From an uncultured archaeon (GTDB taxonomy: Archaea > Thermoplasmatota > Penumbrarchaeia > JASLWR01), in assembly GCA_964430885.1 (NCBI GenBank), contig CAYSHM010000007.1, positions 1 to 64,000 of the forward strand: DNA of 64,000 nt, written 5' to 3'. Both the position numbers and the translations under genes were made by a program. Every line of letters starts with the position of its first letter. Position 1 is the first letter of the stretch. This document shows positions 19,792 through 30,222 of this stretch, piece by piece. A model generated the notes under the pieces. It saw only the letters and a program-made list of their open reading frames with translations. It was not told where the DNA came from and made no database searches.

Positions 19792-21156
19792 ATGAAATAT
19801 GCCAATAGAAAATCCCAGCATCTCGAAAATCTGTACGATATGGAGGAAGGTTTTACCTTTGCGCATGCAAGGGCCGAAGCCGAGCGCTGTCTTCTCTGCC
19901 ATGAAGCCCCCTGCAGTCAGGCCTGTCCATCCGGAACGGACCCAGGTACATTTATCAGAAAACTTAGGCTGAGGAACGTCAAGGGAGCCATAAGGACCAT
20001 CAGAACATCAAACATTTTGGGTGGATGCTGCGGTGTACTATGCCCCACAGACCAGCTCTGTGAGGGTGCATGCAGCGCTACCGAGATCGACCGGCCCATA
20101 CAGATAGGCAAATTGCAGAGATTCCTTGTGGAGCACTCTTGGGAGTTAGGGTTCGACCCGCTCATTCCGGGAAAATCCATGACCAAGAAGGACGATAAAG
20201 TTGCTGTTATCGGGTCAGGTCCGGCCGGCCTTAGCTGTGCTTCAGAGGTTGCCAGGAAGGGTTATCAAGTGACAGTATATGAGGGAAGGGATAAACCTGG
20301 CGGGGTTCTGAGGTACGGGGTGCCCCAGTTCCGTTTGAATGCAGAATTTCTGGACCGGGAGCTGGAGGATATTAAGAAACTGGGGGTCTCCTTTCAATGC
20401 GGCAGACGGATCGAGAAGGACGGTGCAGACAACCTTCTGAACCAGGGATACGACGCAGTTTTCATTGCCCCTGGAATATGGCAGCCCTACAGACAGAACA
20501 TCCCTGGAGATGATCTGAAAGGTGTCATCACCGCTACGGATTTTCTAGAAAAGGCTAGGAGCGGAAATGAGAAGGAATTGACGGATATAATAAAAGGGAA
20601 TAACATAGCTGTAACTGGAGGCGGGTCGGTGGCAATGGACGCTGCCAACACCTGCGCGGTTATGGGTGCAAACAGGGTCTACGTGATCTACCGAAGAGGT
20701 TTGGAGCAGATGCCCGCAGATACCAACGATGTGGAGATGGCTAGGGCCAATTATGTGGTAATCAGGCCTTTCAGCGTTATAAAGGAGATCATCGATGAGA
20801 ACGGAGTGCTCACTGGATTGAAGGGTATTGAGACCGACTGGAAAGAACCGGGGAAAACCACTTCCGACAACCTTATGGAGGTTCCAGGTACCGAATTCAA
20901 TCTCAATGTTGATATGCTGATAATGGCCATTGGCTCTGGGCCGGAACAGAGGAATGTCGGTTTGGCCGGCGGGATTGAGCATTTAAAGGGCGGATTGATC
21001 AAGGTTGGTGATGATGGCATTTCCACTGATAATGAAAAAATATTTGCGGGCGGTGATATAATCAGGGGTTCCGGACTGGTTGTTGATGCCATACAGGACG
21101 GTAAAAAAGCTGCTTGGAAGATCATTGAATACCTGGAAAAGGAAGGAGGTGATTGA
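19792..21156 (+). CDS. preT: NAD-dependent dihydropyrimidine dehydrogenase, GltD-like subunit
   Basis: EAERCLLCHEAPCSQACP, CGVLCP..LCEGAC, GSGPAGL, GGGSVAMD, FAGGD. Directly upstream of preA. Confidence 0.9.
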   Translation: MKYANRKSQHLENLYDMEEGFTFAHARAEAERCLLCHEAPCSQACPSGTDPGTFIRKLRLRNVKGAIRTIRTSNILGGCCGVLCPTDQLCEGACSATEIDRPIQIGKLQRFLVEHSWELGFDPLIPGKSMTKKDDKVAVIGSGPAGLSCASEVARKGYQVTVYEGRDKPGGVLRYGVPQFRLNAEFLDRELEDIKKLGVSFQCGRRIEKDGADNLLNQGYDAVFIAPGIWQPYRQNIPGDDLKGVITATDFLEKARSGNEKELTDIIKGNNIAVTGGGSVAMDAANTCAVMGANRVYVIYRRGLEQMPADTNDVEMARANYVVIRPFSVIKEIIDENGVLTGLKGIETDWKEPGKTTSDNLMEVPGTEFNLNVDMLIMAIGSGPEQRNVGLAGGIEHLKGGLIKVGDDGISTDNEKIFAGGDIIRGSGLVVDAIQDGKKAAWKIIEYLEKEGGD

Positions 21157-21157
21157 A

Positions 21158-22399
21158 ATGACTGCCAGAAAGGACCTGAGCATCGAGATGTGCGGCGTGA
21201 CATTCCCAAATCCATTCATGCTTTCTTCTTCACCGGTCTCCAATACTGCCGAGATGATCGGCCGGGCATTTGACAGGGGCTTCGGAGGGGTTGCTTACAA
21301 GACCATTACCCACGACAGGACCAAGATAATTCATCCATCTCCCAGGATGGCTGGCTTTGATTACGGAAATAAGAAGCTGATGGGACTTCAAAACGTGGAG
21401 CAGACCACCGACAGGACCCTTGTGGACAATTTTGCTGATATCAGTTATCTCAAGAAACATTGGCCCGATCATCCGGTTATAGTCAGCATCATGGGTTTCA
21501 GCGAGAAGGAGTGGAAGGAGCTTGCCAGGATGGCCGAGGATGCGGGGGCAGATATGCTGGAACTGAACTTCTCCTGCCCCCATATGACCGTTGAAGGCTC
21601 AGGCATGAAGGTCGGCCAGGCCATGGGTCTCATCGAGAAGTTCACGCAAATCGTAAGGGATGAGGTGGATATCCCGATACTGGCCAAACTTACCTCTAAC
21701 GTTACCGACATCACTGAACCCGGCCTCTACTCAAAAAAAGGAGGTGCTGACGGCATTACTGCAATTAATACTTTGAGCGCCCTTACAGAGATAGGGTTAG
21801 AGGATTTCGTGCCGACGCCCAATGTGGCTGGAAAAGGGGCGATGAGCGGGTTTTCAGGACCGTCCATCAAGCCCATCGGCCTCAGATGCGTGACCCAGCT
21901 GGCCCAATGCGGAGAGCTTGCGCTGCCATTATCAGGTTGCGGCGGGATCGAAACATGGGTTGATGCAGTTGAATACCTGCTTGTTGGTGCCAGTACACTT
22001 CAGATGACAACCGGTGTGATACACTACGGACACCGCATCGTTGATGATCTAATTGAAGGGTTGACCGATTTCATGGATGAAAAAGGATTCAACAGGGTCT
22101 CGGATATCGTGGGAAAGGCACTTCCCAATATCCATCCCACCGATGCCTTCGATCTCTCGGTACAGGGTATCGCAGAGTACCATCTTGAAAAATGCGTGGG
22201 ATGCGGCCAGTGCTACATCGTATGCCAGGATGCGGGAGGACAGGGACTGGGGTGGGACAGCGGTAAAAGAAGACCCGTCCCGGATGATGATGACTGCCTG
22301 AGCTGCATGATCTGCTCATTCGTCTGCCCTGTTGACGGAACCATTACCTACAAGCATGTACCAGGGAAGAAGCAGGTAGTGCCTCCAGTATCCAAATGA
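21158..22399 (+). CDS. preA: NAD-dependent dihydropyrimidine dehydrogenase, FMN/Fe-S subunit
   Basis: NPFMLSSSP, SPR, ELNFSCPH, SGCGGIETW, C-terminal CVGCGQC...CLSCMICSFVCP. ATG at 21158 after GGAGGTGA. Confidence 0.95.
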   Translation: MTARKDLSIEMCGVTFPNPFMLSSSPVSNTAEMIGRAFDRGFGGVAYKTITHDRTKIIHPSPRMAGFDYGNKKLMGLQNVEQTTDRTLVDNFADISYLKKHWPDHPVIVSIMGFSEKEWKELARMAEDAGADMLELNFSCPHMTVEGSGMKVGQAMGLIEKFTQIVRDEVDIPILAKLTSNVTDITEPGLYSKKGGADGITAINTLSALTEIGLEDFVPTPNVAGKGAMSGFSGPSIKPIGLRCVTQLAQCGELALPLSGCGGIETWVDAVEYLLVGASTLQMTTGVIHYGHRIVDDLIEGLTDFMDEKGFNRVSDIVGKALPNIHPTDAFDLSVQGIAEYHLEKCVGCGQCYIVCQDAGGQGLGWDSGKRRPVPDDDDCLSCMICSFVCPVDGTITYKHVPGKKQVVPPVSK

Positions 22400-22542
22400 G
22401 CGTTACAGCGGGTAAATAATATAATTGATATACACCTTAACCGAGGTTGCATTAGTTTGACATTACATATGAACCGAATACGATCCCGGATATTTTTTAT
22501 TGAACTATATCAAAGTCAAAGAGGAAAAAAATCCACAAAATA

Positions 22543-24045
22543 ATGGATGTGAATATTATGAGCGGAACAATATTGCCTGTTTTGAAAAAACATTACGGAC
22601 GACTAAAGAACTTCATCGACGGGGAATGGGTGGAATCGGAGACCGATGAATGGTACACTGCCTTGAACCCTGCCACCCAGGAGCCAATTGCAGAGGTCCC
22701 AATATCTACCAAGGAAGAGATGGATTATGCCATCGAATGCGCCCAGGAAGCTTATATGGAGTGGAGGGAAACACCGCCTCAATCGAGGGCCCAGTATATG
22801 TATGACCTCAAATCCCTTTTGGAAGATAACTATGAATCCATATCCCGAGTTGTTAGCCAGGAGAATGGAAAACTCATCGATGAGGCAAGGGGTTCTGTAA
22901 GAAGAACCATAGAGAATGTGGAAGTGGCATGCGGGGTGCCATCTCTGATGATGGGGTACAATCTTGAGGACGGGGCGGCTGCAGGTATTGATGAAGAAGC
23001 GATAATCCAGCCTTTGGGGGTCTTCGGGGCAATTAGTCCTTTCAATTTCCCTGCTATGGTACCATTCTGGTTCATTCCAATGGCTCTGGCTACCGGCAAT
23101 ACCTTCGTACTCAAACCGTCCAAATACACAGCAGTCTCCCAAATGCATATGTTCGAGATGCTGGAGGAAGCGGATCTCCCCCCAGGGATCGTCAACATGG
23201 TTTACAGCGGCAGGGATGGCATCAACGCGATGCTGGACAATCCCATGGTCCAGGGTGTTTCATTCGTAGGATCTTCCAAGGTCGGACGCATCATATATGA
23301 TAAGGCCGCCAGGAATCAAAAAAGGGTACAGTGCCAGACCGCAGCAAAGAACTGTATAACAGTAATGCCAGATGCAGATCTGGACAAGGGGATCCCCAAC
23401 ATGCTAGGGTCCTTCTACGGATGTGCCGGACAGCGATGCCTTGCAGGTTCGGTCCTCGTTCCCGTCGGAGACATCTACGAAGAAGTAAGGAATCGTTTCT
23501 GCGAGGGGGCCAGGAACCTTAAGGTGGGTTACGGATTGGATGAGAGCTCACAGATGGGTCCGGTCATCACACCAGAGGAAAAACAGCGCATACTAAACAT
23601 GATCCAGAAAGGTATTGACGAAGGCGCCGAACTCGTAGTGGACGGAAGGGACGTGGCGGTGGAAGGATACGAGGAAGGAAATTTCATTGGCCCCTGTGTT
23701 TTTGACAAGGTGACCACGGATATGACACCCTTCAAAGAGGAGTTCTTCGGACCGGTTGCTAGTATTGTAAGGGCGGATTCCCTTCAGGAAGCCATTGATA
23801 TCCAGAACTCGCTGCCCTACGGTAACGCCTCCTCCATCTTCACCAGCAGCGGCAAGGCTGCCAGGGATTACAAGTACTATGTTGAAGCGGGCAATATAGG
23901 CGTAAATGTCGCAGTGGCTGCTGCAATGGCCTACTTCCCGTTCGGAGGATACAAGGACTCATTCTACGGAGATCTCCATGGTCAAGGGAAGGACGGGCTC
24001 ATGTTCTATACCGAGAGAAAAGTCGTGATCAACAGATGGTTCTGA
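22543..24045 (+). CDS. mmsA: CoA-acylating (methyl)malonate-semialdehyde dehydrogenase
   Basis: PFNFPAMVPFWF, GNTFVLKPS, SFVGSS, AKN, GCAGQRCLA, EEFFGPV, FPFGGYKDSFYGDLHGQG. Alternative start at 22558. Confidence 0.93.
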   Translation: MDVNIMSGTILPVLKKHYGRLKNFIDGEWVESETDEWYTALNPATQEPIAEVPISTKEEMDYAIECAQEAYMEWRETPPQSRAQYMYDLKSLLEDNYESISRVVSQENGKLIDEARGSVRRTIENVEVACGVPSLMMGYNLEDGAAAGIDEEAIIQPLGVFGAISPFNFPAMVPFWFIPMALATGNTFVLKPSKYTAVSQMHMFEMLEEADLPPGIVNMVYSGRDGINAMLDNPMVQGVSFVGSSKVGRIIYDKAARNQKRVQCQTAAKNCITVMPDADLDKGIPNMLGSFYGCAGQRCLAGSVLVPVGDIYEEVRNRFCEGARNLKVGYGLDESSQMGPVITPEEKQRILNMIQKGIDEGAELVVDGRDVAVEGYEEGNFIGPCVFDKVTTDMTPFKEEFFGPVASIVRADSLQEAIDIQNSLPYGNASSIFTSSGKAARDYKYYVEAGNIGVNVAVAAAMAYFPFGGYKDSFYGDLHGQGKDGLMFYTERKVVINRWF

Positions 24046-24061
24046 ATGGAGTTGAATAATT

Positions 24062-24502
24062 ATGAAGAACAGCAATTTCCCACAGATAAACACTTTCGGT
24101 TCAATGATGAGATATGCAATCACTCTAGAAGAATTCATGATCGAAAGCTACAGCAAGGCCACTCTTCATCCTGAATTTCGGGATAAAAAAGATATTTTCC
24201 AGAACCTTCACAAAAAACATCAGAAGAACAAGAAGAGATTGGAGAATGCCCTTCGATTGAAACTTAATGAAATTACCATTGAGCCGGTCACTTCGCTAAA
24301 AGGTGATGACTACCTTCTTGAGATAGGTGATATCACAGCTGAAGAACTCATTGATACAATTGACACGTTCAAAAAATTGGAAGAGACCTGCTCCGGATTC
24401 TATAAGGATTCTGCGGATTATTCACTGGTAATTGCAAGAGAGATTTCACGATTGTTCTCCAGATTCGCCAAAGATAATTCCAAGAACATCGGGCTGCTCT
24501 AA
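24062..24502 (+). CDS. Small ferritin/rubrerythrin-like four-helix protein
   Basis: Two repeated AIxLE...Y and LEE...FY helical patterns. 16 nt downstream of mmsA. Confidence 0.55.
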   Translation: MKNSNFPQINTFGSMMRYAITLEEFMIESYSKATLHPEFRDKKDIFQNLHKKHQKNKKRLENALRLKLNEITIEPVTSLKGDDYLLEIGDITAEELIDTIDTFKKLEETCSGFYKDSADYSLVIAREISRLFSRFAKDNSKNIGLL

Positions 24503-24553
24503 ACTAGCATAAGGAACATATTTGGCAATTTTATTCATCGGGAATATTTATCA

Positions 24554-25936
24554 TCAGAATGACCCGGACGGTCCTCTTTTAACAAATCTGCCGTATCCTT
24601 CCGGTCCAACGTACTTGCCTCCCTTCCCAACTATCCGGCCCCTGCACATTGTGATGTGGGGATATCCCTTTATCTTCCAATCCTGGAATGGGGACCAGTC
24701 ACAGTTGGTTTCCATATTTTTCCAGTCGATGGTCACCTCTTTTTCTGGATCGAATATAGTAATATCTGCATCTGTCCCTATCTGAAGGGAGCCCTTATCA
24801 GGATAGAGACCGAATATCTTTGCGGGATTTGTGGAGACAACCTCCACCCATTTATGAATATTTAGCTTGTCTTTCCCGACACCTTCTGAATAGGTCAGAG
24901 GAAGCATGGTCTCAATGCCCGGCATACCGAAAGGTATCTTTGTGAAGTCACCCTGCCACATCGCCTTCTGCTTGGTGTCAAAAGTGCATGTATCAGTTCC
25001 TATTGTGGAAACCTCTCCGTCGTGCAGGCCTTTCCAGAGCCTTTCCATATCCTCGGGTTTTTTAAGCTGAGGGCAGGTCCCGTATAGATGCCCGTTCGCA
25101 CCCTTGAAAAGTTCGTCGTCCAATAGCAAGTACTGAGGGCAGGTCTCAGCTATTACATTTATACCCTTTTTCCTTGCTTCCTTTACAAGATCGGCACCGC
25201 CACCTGTGCTCATATGGACTATGTACAGGTTACCGCCGGACACCTCGGCCCATTTAATGGCCCTCTGGATGGCCTCCTCCTCTATATAATTGGGTCTTGT
25301 GATAACATGAAGATAAGCGCCGTACTTCTCCATATCCTCCTTGTTATGATAGCGGGATATGAGTTCATCCAGCATATCTACGGATTCGGCGTGGACCTCT
25401 ATCATACCTCCGTATTTGGCAGCCTCCTCCAGTCCGGCCTCAAGCATTGGATCGGATGCTATCCAGCCCTGGCTCTTGTAGATCATGAACATCTTGAAAG
25501 AGGATACGCCGTAATCGATAGCTTCCTTGATCTCCCCCTTAGTTCTCTCGTTCCAGTCCGTGATGCCGCCATGAAGAGCGTAATCCACATTGACAATACC
25601 GTCGGCCTCCTCTCTTCTGGCAATGATCGCGTCCATGAGTGAATTCCCCTTGGACTGAATGGCAAAATCTATAAGAGTGGTAATCCCTCCTGCTGCTGCG
25701 GCCTTTGTTCCTGTCTCGAAGGTGTCTGCCGAAACCTCGCCGCAGAAAGGAAGCTGAAGGTGCACATGCACGTCAACCCCTGCCGGCATAACATATTTCC
25801 CAGAGGCGTCGATGATCACATCTGCACCGCTTAGGTCCTGTCCTATAAGGACAATCTTGCCCTTCTCTATTCCTATGTCAGCCTTATACATTTCAGAATC
25901 CGTCACTATTATTCCGTTCTTGATTATCGTGTCCAT
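24554..25936 (-). CDS. hydA: Dihydropyrimidinase (D-hydantoinase)
   Basis: GVDVHVH, GGITTLIDF, SSFKMFM, VHAE, YIVHMS, ETCPQYL, GTD, STNPAKIFGLYP.KG. Confidence 0.95.
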   Translation of the reverse strand: MDTIIKNGIIVTDSEMYKADIGIEKGKIVLIGQDLSGADVIIDASGKYVMPAGVDVHVHLQLPFCGEVSADTFETGTKAAAAGGITTLIDFAIQSKGNSLMDAIIARREEADGIVNVDYALHGGITDWNERTKGEIKEAIDYGVSSFKMFMIYKSQGWIASDPMLEAGLEEAAKYGGMIEVHAESVDMLDELISRYHNKEDMEKYGAYLHVITRPNYIEEEAIQRAIKWAEVSGGNLYIVHMSTGGGADLVKEARKKGINVIAETCPQYLLLDDELFKGANGHLYGTCPQLKKPEDMERLWKGLHDGEVSTIGTDTCTFDTKQKAMWQGDFTKIPFGMPGIETMLPLTYSEGVGKDKLNIHKWVEVVSTNPAKIFGLYPDKGSLQIGTDADITIFDPEKEVTIDWKNMETNCDWSPFQDWKIKGYPHITMCRGRIVGKGGKYVGPEGYGRFVKRGPSGSF

Positions 25937-26272
25937 ATTGATCCCGTCCTATCTATCCAATTCCTGCAGTGCTCCCTAGAGCACAGCTATCCTTTACATG
26001 GTTATCATCTCGCCGTTTAATAATCTTACCATCTAAATTGTATTTTTTTTTTCGTGGGAATGTTCTATTAGAGCGGTTACGGAATAAATTGATCTGAACT
26101 GATACTGATGCAAATTATTCCAATCTCTTCCCTCCATGACCCTATGACCATTTGGTTGCGAGACTTTTGGCCTTCACTATTTATAGAATAAAATTTATCT
26201 GCCTTTATACTGCTGATTTTGAATTATATTTCTATTACAAATCTCATGAAATGATAAAGGAGAAGCGATATT

Positions 26273-27145
26273 ATGAAACGTATGGTAAAATGCGGATTGA
26301 TACAGACAACCAATGTCCTTTCACCGGTGAATCACACCATAGAGGAGATCAAACAGGCCATGCTGGATAAGCATCTGAAACTCATTGACGAGGCAGCCTC
26401 AAAGGGGGTGCAGATACTGTGCCTTCAGGAACTTTTCAACGGACCCTATTTCTGTGCCGAGCACGACAAGAAATGGTACGCACTAGCAGAGATGGTGCCG
26501 GAAGGGCCCACCACCGAGGTCATGATGGAGAAGGCTGCGGAGCATAACATGGTAATAATTGTACCTCTGTATGAGGAAGAAATGCCGGGTGAGTACTACA
26601 ATGCAGCTGCGGTTATAGACGCAGACGGAGAATATATCGGTAAATACAGGAAAAATCACATCCCGCATGTTCATCCGGGTTTCTATGAGAAGTTCTATTT
26701 CAGACCCGGCAACCTGGGATATCCCGTGTTCCAGACAATGTATGCTGATGTAGGGGTTTATATCTGCTACGACCGGCATTTTCCCGAAGGGGCTAGGGCC
26801 CTTGCCCTCAACGGTGCTGAGATCATATTCAATCCTTCCGCAACCACTGCGGGCGTTTCCGAATATCTCTGGAAACTGGAGCAGCCTGCACACGCTGTTG
26901 CCAACGGATATTTCGTAGGCGCAATCAACCGCGTTGGGGAGGAAGAGCCCTGGAAGAGTGGTTTATTCTACGGGACAAGCTACTTCTGCGATCCCAGAGG
27001 CCAGATAATAGCCGAAGCACCCAGGGACAAGGAGTTCGTTCTGGCAGCGGATATCGATCTTGACATGTTAACCGAGGTCAGGAACGGCTGGCAGTTCTTC
27101 AGGGACAGGCGTCCTGAAACCTACGAGGAACTGGTCCTGCTCTAG
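26273..27145 (+). CDS. Nitrilase-fold beta-ureidopropionase
   Basis: E-K-C triad in LQELFNGPYFC, YRKNHIP and ICYDRHFPE; C-terminal WQFFRDRRPETY. Cluster context. Confidence 0.88.
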   Translation: MKRMVKCGLIQTTNVLSPVNHTIEEIKQAMLDKHLKLIDEAASKGVQILCLQELFNGPYFCAEHDKKWYALAEMVPEGPTTEVMMEKAAEHNMVIIVPLYEEEMPGEYYNAAAVIDADGEYIGKYRKNHIPHVHPGFYEKFYFRPGNLGYPVFQTMYADVGVYICYDRHFPEGARALALNGAEIIFNPSATTAGVSEYLWKLEQPAHAVANGYFVGAINRVGEEEPWKSGLFYGTSYFCDPRGQIIAEAPRDKEFVLAADIDLDMLTEVRNGWQFFRDRRPETYEELVLL

Positions 27146-27266
27146 AGGTGAACGGCAACAATATACTGCCGGAGCTGAAAAATTTATACCGCTGATTGAA
27201 CGGTCATTGAAGAAGAGCGATCATTGATACAATTTAAAAATATATTCTACTGATAAAGGTGATAGA

Positions 27267-28610
27267 TTGAGCTTACTAGAAAAAGCGCTTGAACCGGAAA
27301 AGTTTTCCGCGGAAGAGATCCTGGATTTGGAAAGAAAACATATGGTGCCCGCTTTGGTGCATTATTATAAAGAGCCACCCCTGATAGTAAAGGGTGAGAT
27401 GGGAACGCTGACCGACACTGATGGAAAGGACTATATAGACATGTTCGGCGGGGTGTGTACCGTCTGGGCAGGTCACAATCATCCATATATAACAGATGCG
27501 CTGAAAAAACAACTGGACAAACTTGGACATACCACGACTCTGTATCCCACAGTCCCTATGGCTCTTTACGCCAAGAAAATGGCTGAGATGTCCCCCGAGG
27601 GGCTTGACCAGTGTTTTTTTGTGAACAGCGGTTCCGAGGCAAACGAGGCTGCCATCCACATGACCAAGAAATATACAGGTAGCAGCATTATGTGCTCCCT
27701 GAACGAGGCCTTTCACGGAAGGACACTCATGGTAATGGGACTGACCCAGCAGGGTTCCTGGCGTCAGAACGTACCCTACCCATCCGGCGTTATCGGCATC
27801 CCCAACGCCAACTGCTACAGGTGTGATTTCGGCAAGGACCCGGAAACATGCGATGTGGATTGCGCTAGGTTCGCTGACAAGATGATTAAGTGCCAAACGG
27901 CCGGAAAGATCGGCGGAATAATAGCTGAGCCCATCCAGGGTGTCGGAGGTATTGTGATACCCAAGAATCCCGAGTATATGAAGACCCTGTACGAGATCGT
28001 TAAGAAATATGACGGTCTATTTATCAGCGACGAGGTACAGACCGGATTCGGAAGGACCGGAGAGCATATGTGGGGCATAGAGTACTGGGGTATAAAACCG
28101 GACATCATGACCATGGCAAAGAGCATAGGATCAGGATTCCCCATAGGTGCATTCATAACACGAACAGACATTGCCGATTGTCTGAAACCCAAGGACCTGT
28201 TCTCCACATTCGGAGGTAATCCCCTTGCCAGTATAGCCGGATTGGCAAACCTGGAACTCATCGAGAAGGAGGATTACATGGGCCAGGCCAAGAAGAAAGG
28301 TGCGGTTATCCGGAAAAGGCTTGAGGAAATATTTGAAGAGAGGGAACTTGTGGGGGATATACGGGGACTCGGCTTCATGCAGGGATTTGAGCTGGTGACT
28401 GACAGGGATAAGAAAACACCTGCTGTAGGAGAGACTGCTGCGGTTATGGAGATATGCAAGGAGAAGGGACTTTTTGTGGGTAAGGGAGGGCTCTTCGGCA
28501 ATGTGATAAGGATACAACCCCCCATCGCTCTGACCTACCAGCAAATTGAAGAAGCCATGGACATAATAGATACCGCGCTTTCTGAAGTGGAAAAGGGACT
28601 ATTGAAATAA
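27267..28610 (+). CDS. Class III PLP aminotransferase (AGXT2-like; probable beta-alanine aminotransferase)
   Basis: NSGSEANE, FHGRT, AEPIQGVGG, DEVQTGFGRTG, TMAKSIG, STFGGNP, GKGGLFGNVIRIQPP. Confidence 0.88.
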   Translation: MSLLEKALEPEKFSAEEILDLERKHMVPALVHYYKEPPLIVKGEMGTLTDTDGKDYIDMFGGVCTVWAGHNHPYITDALKKQLDKLGHTTTLYPTVPMALYAKKMAEMSPEGLDQCFFVNSGSEANEAAIHMTKKYTGSSIMCSLNEAFHGRTLMVMGLTQQGSWRQNVPYPSGVIGIPNANCYRCDFGKDPETCDVDCARFADKMIKCQTAGKIGGIIAEPIQGVGGIVIPKNPEYMKTLYEIVKKYDGLFISDEVQTGFGRTGEHMWGIEYWGIKPDIMTMAKSIGSGFPIGAFITRTDIADCLKPKDLFSTFGGNPLASIAGLANLELIEKEDYMGQAKKKGAVIRKRLEEIFEERELVGDIRGLGFMQGFELVTDRDKKTPAVGETAAVMEICKEKGLFVGKGGLFGNVIRIQPPIALTYQQIEEAMDIIDTALSEVEKGLLK

Positions 28611-28647
28611 TATGATGGTCAATTAATCATACCAAGATTTACCGAGC

Positions 28648-30222
28648 CTATCGATCTCTGGAACTTCTATTTGTCAGGGGTCGAACATTTCTTTTTTTCT
28701 TGGCTTTCCAATTCTGCTTCTTGGAAGGGCCGTAATATTTTTTATTCCCATTACGCTTTTTTCTATTTCGGTTATTCCGATTTGGCTTATTATTATTATT
28801 ATTATTGGAAGGGGTATTTTTCGAATTTGAATTATCATGAGCATTCTTCGGCTTGGCAGTTCTTGAAAAATATTTCTTATCCTTGGCAGGTTCAAATTTT
28901 TTCTTGTTCTTGCCCAAGGGTTTTTTTCCAAAACGTTCTTGATTGTTTTTTGATGAGGCTTTTTCAAAATTTCTTTTCTGTCCAAATCCTCTCTTACTAC
29001 CTTTTTCTTTCCGATTCTTGTTTCTGAAGAAATCGTTCCGGTTTCCTTCACTATTACTACCTAACCTACCCTTATTACTACCTGACCGCCCTTTTCTGGC
29101 CACCTTGAGCTTCTTGAACTTGGGCGGAATCACCTTCTCAATGGAAAAAGTGGGATATTTTTTAAGAATCCGGGAGAAATAATCTCTATTGAAATCAGTT
29201 ACCAGATTTATAACTTTACCACACTCACCTGCCCGGGCCGTCCTACCTATCCGGTGAATATAATCGTTGGGAACGGCAGGAAGGTCATAATTGAAGACAT
29301 GCGACACATTTTCAATATGAAGTCCTCTGGCAGCAATGTCGGTGCAGACCAGCACACTGGACCTTGAGTTATTGAACCGGGCGATGGCATTATTGCGTTG
29401 GCTTTGGGTGAATCCTCCGTGTATTGTGATTGCATAACTGCCCTGGTTTGTGAGGTTATCCGATACGAAATCGGTCATTTTTCTGGTATTGCAGAAGACC
29501 ATGGAAAGGCGGGATGGATCCTTTTTCAATAGATGAGTGAGAAGAGATAACTTGTCATGTTTCTTGACATTGTAATAGAACTGTTCTAATTTTTCCGGGT
29601 CCACCATTTTTTCAGCCTTTATCAGATGGGGATCATTCATGTGTTTTTTTGTAAGCCGGAGTATCGCCTTGGATATTGTTGCGGAAAAGAAAAGGGTCTG
29701 TCTTTTCTTTGGACAGAACTTGATTATCTTCTCAACATCGCCGATAAAACCCATATCCAGCATCCGATCCGCCTCATCCAAGACCAAGGTATTGAGCCAA
29801 GATAGGTCGATTGTCTTTCGGTCAATATGGTCCAGAAGTCTTCCCGGTGTCGCAATCACCACTTCACTCTTCTTGAGGAGTTTTATCTGGTTATTAATTG
29901 AGACCCCCCCGTATACCGAGGTAATCCGGATTTTTTTACTGTAGGATATGCCTGTCAGATCCTTCTTGACCTGCTCAGCTAATTCTCTGGTGGGGGTCAA
30001 TACAAGAACTTGTATCCCCATTTTGGGATTTATCTTATCTATCAAGGGACTTCCGAAAGCCAGGGTCTTTCCCGAACCTGTTGCGGACTCGCCGATCACA
30101 TCCTTCCCGTCAATTATCAAGGGTATGGATCTTTCCTGTATGTCAGTTAAGGCTGTGTAACCCAATTTTCTGATGACCTCTTGCATATCAGCACTTAGGC
30201 CTAATTCACTGCAGTTATTCAT
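28648..30222 (-). CDS. DEAD-box RNA helicase with basic low-complexity C-terminal tail
   Basis: TGSGKT, PTRELA, TPGR, DEAD, FSAT, ARGL, HRIGRTAR; about 150-aa K/R/N-rich tail. Confidence 0.95.
   Translation of the reverse strand: MNNCSELGLSADMQEVIRKLGYTALTDIQERSIPLIIDGKDVIGESATGSGKTLAFGSPLIDKINPKMGIQVLVLTPTRELAEQVKKDLTGISYSKKIRITSVYGGVSINNQIKLLKKSEVVIATPGRLLDHIDRKTIDLSWLNTLVLDEADRMLDMGFIGDVEKIIKFCPKKRQTLFFSATISKAILRLTKKHMNDPHLIKAEKMVDPEKLEQFYYNVKKHDKLSLLTHLLKKDPSRLSMVFCNTRKMTDFVSDNLTNQGSYAITIHGGFTQSQRNNAIARFNNSRSSVLVCTDIAARGLHIENVSHVFNYDLPAVPNDYIHRIGRTARAGECGKVINLVTDFNRDYFSRILKKYPTFSIEKVIPPKFKKLKVARKGRSGSNKGRLGSNSEGNRNDFFRNKNRKEKGSKRGFGQKRNFEKASSKNNQERFGKKPLGKNKKKFEPAKDKKYFSRTAKPKNAHDNSNSKNTPSNNNNNNKPNRNNRNRKKRNGNKKYYGPSKKQNWKAKKKRNVRPLTNRSSRDR

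Noticed and set aside
19792-21156. Glutamate synthase small subunit or NfnB call
   Set aside because: Direct coupling to preA and the surrounding pathway favour PreT.
21080-21157. Longer preA start
   Set aside because: It overlaps preT; ATG 21158 has a GGAGGTGA RBS.
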